A stretch of DNA of 62,978 nt, the filler included, from an uncultured Synergistales bacterium (lineage in GTDB: Bacteria; Synergistota; Synergistia; Synergistales; Aminobacteriaceae): assembly GCA_937897575.1 (NCBI GenBank). It is 6 parts of 6 records of this genome, joined end to end, with 100 filler letters (N's around TTAATTAATTAA, not from the genome) between each part and the next. Parts side by side here need not be neighbours in the genome. Positions count along the whole stretch, not along the records: positions 1 to 23,948 come from CALCQG010000050.1; 5 more parts are not named here. One strand, given 5' to 3'. Below are positions 1 through 8,313 of this stretch, in pieces. The notes under the pieces are model-generated. The model searched no databases, was not told the DNA's origin, and saw only the letters and a program-made list of their open reading frames with translations. Made by a program: the position numbers and the translations under genes. The first letter of the stretch is position 1, and each line of letters starts with the position of its first letter.

Positions 1-753
1 ACCAAGGGTATCCGCTGCTGGCCGTCCCCTCTGCTCCATGACGGCATACGGGTGGCGGGCACCCTCTTCCCCAAGGATTTTCCCGGGTATGACGAAGGGT
101 TGGTCACGCCTCAGACGGAGTCGTCCATGATGGTCGGCCTGGCCCTCCGATCTCTGCACCCGGGCGGCCCGGTTCTGGACATGTGCTCGGGGCGGGGCGT
201 GAAGAGCGGGCATCTTCTCGACCTCATGCCGGAGGTCCCCCTCGAATGCGTCGAACTCTCCCCCGCGAGAGTCGCGGCCGCCCGGAGGGAACTCCTGCGC
301 ACAGGCTGGGGCGACGGAGACGGCCCCGTCGTCCACGTAGGCGACGCGCTGGAGTTCGTCCCCACCAGAGCGCCCTCCTGCATCCTCCTTGACGCCCCCT
401 GTTCGGGGAGCGGGACATGGAACCGCCACCCCGAGGGAAAGTGGCGGCTCACGCCGGAAAAACTGGATTCTCTCGCCGGGCTGCAGGTAAAATTGCTGAA
501 AAAAGCCCTCTCCCTCCTTGCGCCGGGGGGGATTGTGGTCTACTCTACATGTAGTCTCATGAAAGACGAGAATGAGAATGTGATCGCACAGGTCCTCTCT
601 CAGGATCCGACCCTGAGGGAGTGCATGCTGCCCTTTGCGTGGGGATGCCTTCGCAGAGGTCAGCCGTCGGGGACCTATGTCCTGCCGGAACTGCCATGGC
701 TGGACGGGTTTTACATCGCCGCGATCATGAAAGACTGGAGGGGTACGCGTTGA
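1..753 (+). CDS. rsmB: RsmB/NOP2-family rRNA m5C methyltransferase (5' end outside window)
   Basis: Motifs VLDMCSGRGVKS, ILLDAPCSGSG, VVYSTCS...ENE; typical position upstream of PASTA/rpe. Confidence 0.88.
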   Translation, partial: TKGIRCWPSPLLHDGIRVAGTLFPKDFPGYDEGLVTPQTESSMMVGLALRSLHPGGPVLDMCSGRGVKSGHLLDLMPEVPLECVELSPARVAAARRELLRTGWGDGDGPVVHVGDALEFVPTRAPSCILLDAPCSGSGTWNRHPEGKWRLTPEKLDSLAGLQVKLLKKALSLLAPGGIVVYSTCSLMKDENENVIAQVLSQDPTLRECMLPFAWGCLRRGQPSGTYVLPELPWLDGFYIAAIMKDWRGTR

Positions 754-1967
754 TGAGAAGAATCCTGCGCTGGGGAATCGTGCTCGTTCTGCTCGTGATC
801 CTCATTTCGGGGAGCATGGCCTTTTACACCGTCTTCTTCGGGGGCAAGGACCTCATCATCCCTCCGTTGAGGGAGATGTCCGTCCTCGATGCCGTGGATG
901 AGGCGGAGCGGGTCGGGCTCGAGGTGAAGATCGAGCAGGTTGATTCGTCCATTCCCTCGGGGACGGTCTTGGCGCAGTGGCCCGAGCCCGGCACGAAGGT
1001 GCGCAGGGACAAGACCATTCTTCTGAAGGTGAGCAAGGGCGGCGAACGGAAGGCGGTCCCCGATTTCCGGGGTCTGGAGGAGTCGAAGGCCCTTGCCAAG
1101 ATCGAGGAGCTGGGGTTCGTCCCCGGAGATATACTGAGGATCAACGACGACCAGCGCGCTGCGGGCGTCGTCATAGCCCAGAACCCCGCATCTCCCGCCA
1201 TGATCGGCGGCGACCGGACGATCAGCCTGCTTGTGAGCATGGGGCCCGAGCCGAAAGGCGGCAATATCCCCGTGCCCGATGTGGCGCAGAGGCAGGAGAC
1301 CGAGGCGAAGGAGCTGCTGTCCCAAAGCGGCCTCAAGGTTGGCAGGACGGAATATGTGTCCACCACGGCGTCGCCCGAGGGGATGGTCATGTCCACAAAG
1401 CCGAAGGTGGGGACGAACGTCCGGCTGGGGAGCACCGTCGTGCTGCAGGTCGCGACGAACAGGGGGGCTCAGACGCAGCCGGAGACGCCTGCCGTTCAAC
1501 CTCCTCAGACGACGACCGTCGCCTCGGCACCGACGACGTCAACCCCGCCCGTGACGCCCCCCGCTCCGACAGATACGCAGGTGGGCCCTGCCGGCCCCGT
1601 CCAGACGCTGACGAAGCCAGAAGGGCAGGCGGCGGAACCTGAGGGACAGACCGAGGGGCTCATCTCGGGGCTTCCCGACGAAACGGCTCCGACGGTCCAG
1701 GCGCCCGGGACGGCGACCCCGACGGCCGGGCAGCCGACATCGCAACAGGGGGCGACGGGTACGGCCAAGGTCCGCTATCAGGTGCCGCCCCTCACGAGCC
1801 CCATGAGCCTCAAGATCGAGATGGTGGACGCCACTGGGACCAAATCCATTCTGAGCCGCGACGTCAAGGGCGGCGAGTACATCTCCCTCGACGCGCCCTT
1901 CGTGACGGAGGGCGTGGTCACAGTCTATCTCGGTGGAGAGTTCGTCTGGCAGGAGCGGTACAAATGA
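753..1967 (+). CDS. Membrane-anchored multi-PASTA-domain protein without kinase domain
   Basis: ATG overlaps rsmB stop (TGATG); N-terminal TM helix; three PASTA-like repeats (IPPLRE..GTVLAQWPEPG, VPDFRG..GVVIAQNP, VPDVAQ..GMVMSTKP); Pro/Thr-rich linker. Confidence 0.82.
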   Translation: MRRILRWGIVLVLLVILISGSMAFYTVFFGGKDLIIPPLREMSVLDAVDEAERVGLEVKIEQVDSSIPSGTVLAQWPEPGTKVRRDKTILLKVSKGGERKAVPDFRGLEESKALAKIEELGFVPGDILRINDDQRAAGVVIAQNPASPAMIGGDRTISLLVSMGPEPKGGNIPVPDVAQRQETEAKELLSQSGLKVGRTEYVSTTASPEGMVMSTKPKVGTNVRLGSTVVLQVATNRGAQTQPETPAVQPPQTTTVASAPTTSTPPVTPPAPTDTQVGPAGPVQTLTKPEGQAAEPEGQTEGLISGLPDETAPTVQAPGTATPTAGQPTSQQGATGTAKVRYQVPPLTSPMSLKIEMVDATGTKSILSRDVKGGEYISLDAPFVTEGVVTVYLGGEFVWQERYK

Positions 1968-2644
1968 CCCGAAGCCCTCTTCTGGCGCCGTCGCTGCTCT
2001 CGGCGGACATCATGAACATGGAGCGGTCCATCTCGTCCCTCGAGGGACAGCACGACTGGCTGCATGTCGATGTCATGGACGGCTGCTTCGTCCCGAACAT
2101 CACCTTTGGCCCGGCCTTCGTGCGTGGGCTGAGGATGCGCTACCCCGACGAAACTCTGGACGTCCACCTCATGGTGGAGCACCCCGATCGGCTGCTCGAC
2201 GACTTTCTCGAGGCTGGGGCCGATATCCTCACCGTTCACGTGGAGGCGGACAGGCACGTGCACCGAACGCTCTCCCGGATCAGGGAGAGCGGGGCCAAGG
2301 CCGGTCTCTCCCTCAACCCGGGGACGTCCGTCGAACTGCTGCGCCCCCTCCTCCCTTTCGTGGACCTCATCCTTGTCATGTCGGTGAACCCGGGCTTCGG
2401 AGGGCAGAAGTTCATCGGAACGGTCATGGAGAAGACGACGACTCTGTGCCGATGGCGAAGCGCCGGACACTTTTCATACCTCGTCGAGATGGACGGGGGC
2501 ATCGGGCGGGAGAACGCCGCCGACGTGGCGAAGGGCGGCTGTGATGTATTGGTCATGGGCAGCGCCGTGTTCGGCGCCCCGAACCCTGCGGATATGCTGA
2601 AAGCGGTCCGATCGGACCTTGTGGAGGTGATGCCCCGTGTCTGA
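1964..2644 (+). CDS. rpe: Ribulose-phosphate 3-epimerase
   Basis: APSLLSAD, HVDVMDGCFVPNITFG, MSVNPGFGGQKF, EMDGG motifs. Confidence 0.96.
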   Translation: MTRSPLLAPSLLSADIMNMERSISSLEGQHDWLHVDVMDGCFVPNITFGPAFVRGLRMRYPDETLDVHLMVEHPDRLLDDFLEAGADILTVHVEADRHVHRTLSRIRESGAKAGLSLNPGTSVELLRPLLPFVDLILVMSVNPGFGGQKFIGTVMEKTTTLCRWRSAGHFSYLVEMDGGIGRENAADVAKGGCDVLVMGSAVFGAPNPADMLKAVRSDLVEVMPRV

Positions 2645-3494
2645 CGATCTGATACGAGAACAGTCCGAAAAAAACCTGAGAGGGCTCGGCGAACGGCTTC
2701 GGCAGAAGCGGGAGGACCTGGGGCTGAGTCTCAAGGAGATCTACCTGAGGACGAGGATACGCCCTCAGTTCCTCGAGGGGATCGAAAAGGGGGAGTACTC
2801 GGCCTTTCCAAGCCCGGTCTACACCCGCGGCTTCATCAGGACCTACCTTAAACAGCTCGGCGAGGAGGAACTCTGGGAGGAGTTCCTTCCGCTCCTCCGC
2901 GACCAGGAGGAGCTTCTGTGTCCCGGCGGCATGACCATGGGGACCTGCTCACCTCCGGCGAAAGGGTTCCGTCCCGCCTCGAAGTTCTGGATCTTCGCCG
3001 TTTTGCTGATGGCGGTGGTCGGCACGTCGTGGTACGTGTGGTTCACCTGGAGCCGGGACGAGATCCCCTCCTTCACCGTTCGCGAAAGCCCCATAGCCCA
3101 GGAGAGCGGTGAGGAGGACGCCGTTGGCGACAAACTTCCAGCCTCCGCCGACATCGTGTCCCCCGATCTGCCCGTGGTTGTTCCGCCTCCCCCTGAGGTG
3201 GTCAAACCCGCCGCTCCCGAGGTGGTGAAGGACAAGAACCTGACCATCACCGCCGACGGGGACTGCTGGGTCCATATCCGGAGAGGGGGGGAGACCCTGC
3301 TCTCGAGGACGCTCCGCGCCGGCGAGTCGGTGACCCACTCGGCGGCCGATGTGCGGCTGTACGTGACCTACGGCCGGAGCGGTTCGGTCCGGGTCCGCTG
3401 GAACGGGGAGGATATGGGACGCCCAGGGCAGAACAGGGGCGTGGAGCGCGTCTACTACGATCCTGACGGGACGACGGGCGGATTCGCGAAGTGA
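2637..3494 (+). CDS. rodZ: RodZ-like protein (HTH, TM helix, C-terminal DUF4115-like domain)
   Basis: GERLRQKRE..LEGIEKG..VYTRGFIRTY HTH, central TM, CWVHI C-terminal domain; upstream of rimO. Confidence 0.8.
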   Translation: MSDDLIREQSEKNLRGLGERLRQKREDLGLSLKEIYLRTRIRPQFLEGIEKGEYSAFPSPVYTRGFIRTYLKQLGEEELWEEFLPLLRDQEELLCPGGMTMGTCSPPAKGFRPASKFWIFAVLLMAVVGTSWYVWFTWSRDEIPSFTVRESPIAQESGEEDAVGDKLPASADIVSPDLPVVVPPPPEVVKPAAPEVVKDKNLTITADGDCWVHIRRGGETLLSRTLRAGESVTHSAADVRLYVTYGRSGSVRVRWNGEDMGRPGQNRGVERVYYDPDGTTGGFAK

Positions 3495-4777
3495 AGCTCT
3501 ACCTCCTCAGCCTCGGCTGCGCCAAGAACTCGGTGGACAGCGAGCACCTTCTGGGTCTTCTGGAGAGCGCCGGGGCGGAGATTGTCCCGACCCCAGAGGA
3601 GGCCGACACGGCCATAGTCAACACCTGCGGGATCATCCAGGCCGCTGTGGAGGAGAACGTCAACGCCATCCTCGACCTTGAACTACTGAAGGAGCGGGGC
3701 CTGATCGAACGAATCGCCGTGGTGGGCTGTCTCGTGAACCGCTACGGCGAAGAGCTGAAAAAGGAGCTCCCATCGGTGGACCTGTGGGCCCGGGCCGAGG
3801 AGTGGGACCTCGTGGCGCGCGGACTTGGACTGGAGGAGGGGTTCCACCGCCGGACGATGCTCCCCGAAACCCGACCGTGGTCCAGGTACCTCAAGGTCGG
3901 CGAGGGGTGCGACACGTGTTGCTCCTACTGCACGATCCCCTCCATCCGGGGGCGGGCGAGAAGCATCCCCATGGACGACCTGACGAAGCAGGCGGTGACG
4001 CTCGCCGAAGGGGGGGCGAAGGAGATCTGCCTCGTCGGGCAGGACCTCACCATCTACGGTCGGGACCAGCACGGAGAGCCCCAGCTCAGAAAGCTGCTCG
4101 ATGCCCTCGACAAGGCCCTCCCGCCGGAGGTCTGGCTCCGGCTCCTCTATCTGCACCCCACGCGAGTGGATGAAGAGTTCATCGACTTCGTTGCGGGCAG
4201 CGGCAGGGTGCTGCCCTACCTCGACATACCCATCCAGCACATCGACGGAGGCATCCTGAACAGCATGAACAGGCCCGACGACGAAGGGCATATTCGCAGG
4301 ATATTCTCCTACGCCCGCTCCGTCGACCCTCTCTTTGCCCTTCGCACCACGCTGATCGTCGGGTACCCCGGGGAGACGGAGGACCAGTTCCGGAAACTTC
4401 TGGACTTCCTCGAGGAGGCCCGGATCGACAGGGTAGGGGCCTTTGTCTATTCGAAGGAGAACGGTACGCCCGCTGCCCGGATGAGGGGGCAGGTGCCGAA
4501 AAGGGTCAAGGATCGCCGCTACGCCCGGCTCATGGAGCGTCAGGCGGAGATATCGCTGGACCGGCAGCGGCTCTTTCTGGGGAAGAGGATGAGGATCCTC
4601 GTCGACGAAGCCGTTCCCGGCGAGGAGTTCGCCTGGGGGCGGTCCTACCGGGACGCCCCCGAGGTAGACGGCCTTGTGGGCGTTCCCATGAACGAGGCCA
4701 TAGGAGAGGGAGAATTTTTGGAGGTGCGGGTGACCGATGTCACAGAACACGACCTTTTCGCAGAGATCGGCGGCTAA
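3491..4777 (+). CDS. rimO: Ribosomal protein S12 methylthiotransferase
   Basis: SLGCAKNSVDSE, radical SAM CDTCCSYC, GRSYRDAPEVDG TRAM motif. Confidence 0.95.
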   Translation: MKLYLLSLGCAKNSVDSEHLLGLLESAGAEIVPTPEEADTAIVNTCGIIQAAVEENVNAILDLELLKERGLIERIAVVGCLVNRYGEELKKELPSVDLWARAEEWDLVARGLGLEEGFHRRTMLPETRPWSRYLKVGEGCDTCCSYCTIPSIRGRARSIPMDDLTKQAVTLAEGGAKEICLVGQDLTIYGRDQHGEPQLRKLLDALDKALPPEVWLRLLYLHPTRVDEEFIDFVAGSGRVLPYLDIPIQHIDGGILNSMNRPDDEGHIRRIFSYARSVDPLFALRTTLIVGYPGETEDQFRKLLDFLEEARIDRVGAFVYSKENGTPAARMRGQVPKRVKDRRYARLMERQAEISLDRQRLFLGKRMRILVDEAVPGEEFAWGRSYRDAPEVDGLVGVPMNEAIGEGEFLEVRVTDVTEHDLFAEIGG

Positions 4778-5228
4778 CAGGGACCTTCCCTGGTGGATAA
4801 GCACCCTGTGCGGCCTGGGCTTTCTCACCAAGGCTCCGGGGACGCTCGCCTCCGTGGTGGCGTTCTTCATATACGGCTTCTTTCCGGTGCCTCTCTACGC
4901 CATCGCGGCCGTCTTCGCCCTCGGCGTATGGTCCTCCTGGAAATACTGCGACCGCAGAGGGGTGGAGGACCCTGGCGAGGTCGTGATCGACGAAGTCGTG
5001 GGCATGTGGATCGCCATGTACGGCCATGGGGGCGGATTCCTCCTGCCGGCGCTCTTCCTCTTCAGGATCGTCGACATCATCAAACCCTTCCCCGTGAACC
5101 TCTCGGAACGGCTTCCCGGCGGGCTCGGGGTCATGGCGGACGATGCCGTGGGAGGATTCCTTGTGAACCTCATTCTCATAGGGATCCACTGGCTGTACTA
5201 TGGAGGCGGATGGAGCGCCATCCTTTGA
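4737..5228 (+). CDS. pgpA: Phosphatidylglycerophosphatase A
   Basis: APGTLAS, DPGEVVIDEVVG, FRIVDIIKPFP, GGLGVMADD motifs; start uncertain. Confidence 0.9.
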   Translation: MSQNTTFSQRSAANRDLPWWISTLCGLGFLTKAPGTLASVVAFFIYGFFPVPLYAIAAVFALGVWSSWKYCDRRGVEDPGEVVIDEVVGMWIAMYGHGGGFLLPALFLFRIVDIIKPFPVNLSERLPGGLGVMADDAVGGFLVNLILIGIHWLYYGGGWSAIL

Positions 5229-5249
5229 CATGGACGGGGGGAGTGAACC

Positions 5250-7067
5250 ATGAGGCATGCCGTGCTCGTCGCCGTCGGCGATGAGCTGCTGAGCGGCCTC
5301 CGCCAGGAGGGCAACTGTTCGTGGCTGGCGGCGAGGCTTTCACGGGCAGGATGGGTCGTCGACCGGGTCGAAACGGTCCCCGACGGCGATGGAGCCCTCG
5401 AGGAGACCATCGGACGGTGGGCGGAGAAGGTGGACCTCCTGGTCCTCTCGGGCGGCCTGGGGCCGACCCACGACGACTGCACCCGCGAGGCCGTCGCACG
5501 GTTTCTCCGTACACCTCTGGAGCTCGACTCCGCCGCCTACGACGTCATCGTGGCGCGATACCCGGAGAATATGCGCCCCGCGCTCGAATGCAGCCGCGAC
5601 ACCCAGGCAGCCATCCCCCGCGGCGCCAGAGCGGTGCACAACCCCGCGGGCTCGGCCCTCGGCATCGCCTTCTCGAAGGGCAGGACGAGAGCCTTCGCCT
5701 TTCCCGGCGTCCCGAGCGAGTTCCGCGCCATGGCGGAGCAGGAGCTCGGCTCGGACATGCTTGTGCACGACAGACGAATGCACTCCCTCTTCGTCGTCGG
5801 ATGGGCGGAGAGCCTTCTCAAGGATCGCCTGGCCCCCGTCATAGAACGGCGGGACCTCCATATCTCCATCCTGCCCTCCCTCGGGGTGATCGAGTTCGTC
5901 CTCAGAGGGGAGCCCGAGGCCATCGCCGAGGCGGAGGCCCAGGTGCGGGCCCTCGTCCCCGGGGACTGCCTTCCCCCTGGCGCCTCGTCCATCGCCGAGG
6001 CCATTCTGCTCGAGGCGAGGTCCGCGGGAAAGACGGTGGCCTGTGCGGAGTCCTGCACGGGAGGGCTCGTGGGGGGCGCCGTCACGGAGGTTCCGGGCAG
6101 CTCCGCCGTTTTTCTCGGCAGCGCCGTATGCTATAGTGATGAGGCAAAAAGGCGCGTGCTGTCCGTGGACGAAGGGATCCTTCGCGACCGGGGCGCTGTC
6201 AGCGAGGAGTGCGCCCGGGCGATGGCCGAGGGCGCACGAGAGCTCTTCGGAGCCGACGTCGCCGTCTCCGTGACGGGCATCGCCGGCCCCGATGGCGGAT
6301 CGGACAAAAAACCGGTGGGGACGGTGTGGTTTGCCGTCGCTCATTCGGACGGCTCCCGGCCCGTTCTGCGGCGCTTCACCGGCGACCGGTGGGCCATCCG
6401 GAACAGGGCCACGACGGCGGCGCTCGAACTGCTCTGGCGCAGTCCGAGAGCCGTTGATGGAGGACGGCGGCAGGGTACGGTCTTTCGTCTGCCTCGAGCT
6501 GCCGTCGGCGATCCGTCGATTCTTCGGCGACGTGATCGCCCGGCTCAGGCAGGACAAGCTCCCCTTTCGATGGGGGCGGACGGAGGGCCTGCATATCACC
6601 CTGGCGTTCTGCGGCGAGCATCCGGCGTCGACGGTGGCTCGTTTCACCCGGGCGCTCGGCGAGGAGCTCGAAGGGGCCCCCCTGCGCCCCTTCCCCCTTC
6701 GGCTCGTGGGGCTGAACGGCTTTCCGCGCCGAATAAACGCCCGCGTTCTTGTGGCCGAGGTGGAGGAGCGGTCGGGCGTACTGAACGCCCTTGCGGACCG
6801 GGTGGGGCGGCTGGCCCTGCAGGAGGAGCTCATCGAGGAGCGGCCGAGATTCACCCCTCACGTGACCCTGGGGCGGGCCAGGGAGGGCGCGACGGTCCCC
6901 GAGGCCCCCTGGTTCGCGGCGAGCACCGCACTGTGGACGGCGGACTCGGTGACCTATATGAGGAGCGATCTGCGCCCTTCGGGGCCGCTGTACAGCGCGA
7001 TGGGACGATGGCTCCTGAAAGAGGACGGAGCCGTCCGAAGAGAGACCCTATGAACGGGAAGGAGTGA
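5250..7067 (+). CDS. cinA: CinA competence/damage-inducible protein (NMN deamidase); homology ends near 6450 but the frame stays open to 7067
   Basis: GDELLSG, GGLGPTHDD, AESCTGG, GAVSEECA, TGIAGPDGG..KPVGTV motifs; the last ~200 aa look like off-frame readthrough over thpR. Confidence 0.88.
   Translation: MRHAVLVAVGDELLSGLRQEGNCSWLAARLSRAGWVVDRVETVPDGDGALEETIGRWAEKVDLLVLSGGLGPTHDDCTREAVARFLRTPLELDSAAYDVIVARYPENMRPALECSRDTQAAIPRGARAVHNPAGSALGIAFSKGRTRAFAFPGVPSEFRAMAEQELGSDMLVHDRRMHSLFVVGWAESLLKDRLAPVIERRDLHISILPSLGVIEFVLRGEPEAIAEAEAQVRALVPGDCLPPGASSIAEAILLEARSAGKTVACAESCTGGLVGGAVTEVPGSSAVFLGSAVCYSDEAKRRVLSVDEGILRDRGAVSEECARAMAEGARELFGADVAVSVTGIAGPDGGSDKKPVGTVWFAVAHSDGSRPVLRRFTGDRWAIRNRATTAALELLWRSPRAVDGGRRQGTVFRLPRAAVGDPSILRRRDRPAQAGQAPLSMGADGGPAYHPGVLRRASGVDGGSFHPGARRGARRGPPAPLPPSARGAERLSAPNKRPRSCGRGGGAVGRTERPCGPGGAAGPAGGAHRGAAEIHPSRDPGAGQGGRDGPRGPLVRGEHRTVDGGLGDLYEERSAPFGAAVQRDGTMAPERGRSRPKRDPMNGKE
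6457..7053 (+). CDS. thpR: RNA 2',3'-cyclic phosphodiesterase (2H phosphoesterase, ThpR/LigT)
   Basis: Two HxT motifs (LHITLAF, PHVTLGR); cinA-ligT-recA gene order. Confidence 0.9.
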   Translation: MEDGGRVRSFVCLELPSAIRRFFGDVIARLRQDKLPFRWGRTEGLHITLAFCGEHPASTVARFTRALGEELEGAPLRPFPLRLVGLNGFPRRINARVLVAEVEERSGVLNALADRVGRLALQEELIEERPRFTPHVTLGRAREGATVPEAPWFAASTALWTADSVTYMRSDLRPSGPLYSAMGRWLLKEDGAVRRETL

Positions 7068-7072
7068 CCTGC

Positions 7073-8200
7073 GTGTCGAAGAAAAAGACGCCTCAGACGA
7101 GAGAGGATGTCCTCGACCTTGCCATAGAGGATATCCGCAGCAAGTTCGGCGAGGGGGCTATCATGCGCCTGGGCGAATCCTACAAGGCGGCGGTGGAGGT
7201 CATCCCGACGGGCATCCTCCCCCTTGACGTGGCACTCGGCATCGGAGGCCTTCCCAAAGGGCGGATCGTCGAGATCTTCGGGCCTGAAGGGTCGGGCAAG
7301 ACCACCGTGGCCCTCCATGCCATCGCCGAGGCGCAGAAGGCCGGCGGCGTGGCGGCCTTCATCGACGCGGAGCACGCGCTGGACCCGCGCCTTGCGGCCA
7401 ACCTCGGCGTGGATATCCAGTCCCTCTACATCGCCCAGCCCGACAGCGGCGAACAGGCGCTCTACGTCCTGGACACCCTGGTGCGGAGCAGCGCCGTGGA
7501 CATCGTCGTGGTGGACTCCGTGGCGGCTCTCACGCCCCAGGCGGAGATCGACGGCAAGATGATAGGGGAGAGCCAGGTTGGGCTCCAGGCGCGCCTCATG
7601 TCCTACGCCCTCCGCCGCCTGACGTCCGCCATATCGAAGAGCAACTGCGTCGTGGTGTTCATCAACCAGCTCCGGGCCAAAATCAGCACGGGGTACTCCC
7701 CCATGGGGCCCCAGGAGACCACCACGGGTGGACGGGCTCTCAAGTTCTACAGCTCCGTCCGGATAGAGGTCAGGAGAGGCAAGAGCATCATGAAGGGCGA
7801 AGAGCACCAGGGGCACGAACTCTGGATGAAAGTGGTGAAGAACAAGCAGTCCCCGCCCTTCAAGACGGGGCACGCGTCCCTCATGTACGGCAAGGGCATC
7901 CCGAAGGGCATGTCCATCGTGGATATGGCCATCGACTACAACATCCTGAAGAGGAAGGGGTCCTGGCTCTCCTACAAGGGCGAGACCCTGGCCCAGGGGA
8001 AGGACTCCGTCGCCCAGTACATCGAGGAGCACCCGGAGCTGATGCAGGAGATCGTGACGGAGGTCCTGGCGGCCACGTCGTCCGACCTGGCCCTCGGGTT
8101 GTCCGAACCTCCTTCCGTCGAACTGGAGGAGGGCGAGGAGGCACCGACCCTTTCGATCGAAGAGGGGATCCTCGAGCTCGACGACGAAGAGGAGAAATAG
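7073..8200 (+). CDS. recA: Recombinase A
   Basis: GPEGSGKTT, FIDAEHALDP, VVDSVAAL, GLQARLMS, GGRALKFY; GTG at 7073 after AAGGAG. Confidence 0.98.
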   Translation: MSKKKTPQTREDVLDLAIEDIRSKFGEGAIMRLGESYKAAVEVIPTGILPLDVALGIGGLPKGRIVEIFGPEGSGKTTVALHAIAEAQKAGGVAAFIDAEHALDPRLAANLGVDIQSLYIAQPDSGEQALYVLDTLVRSSAVDIVVVDSVAALTPQAEIDGKMIGESQVGLQARLMSYALRRLTSAISKSNCVVVFINQLRAKISTGYSPMGPQETTTGGRALKFYSSVRIEVRRGKSIMKGEEHQGHELWMKVVKNKQSPPFKTGHASLMYGKGIPKGMSIVDMAIDYNILKRKGSWLSYKGETLAQGKDSVAQYIEEHPELMQEIVTEVLAATSSDLALGLSEPPSVELEEGEEAPTLSIEEGILELDDEEEK

Positions 8201-8223
8201 CGACGAAAAAGCGTTCCGACACG

Positions 8224-8258
8224 GCGCCTCTTCGGTGAAGTCAACCCCGGAGGGGCGC
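8224..8258 (+). other. GC-rich stem-loop between recA and pilB, no U-tract
   Basis: GCGCCTCTTCGG pairs with CCGGAGGGGCGC (with G-U pairs). Confidence 0.45.
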
Positions 8259-8313
8259 TGCGATACTTCTCTTCCCGAAAGAGCGGCGAAAGGACACGGA
8301 CAAGGAGGACACT

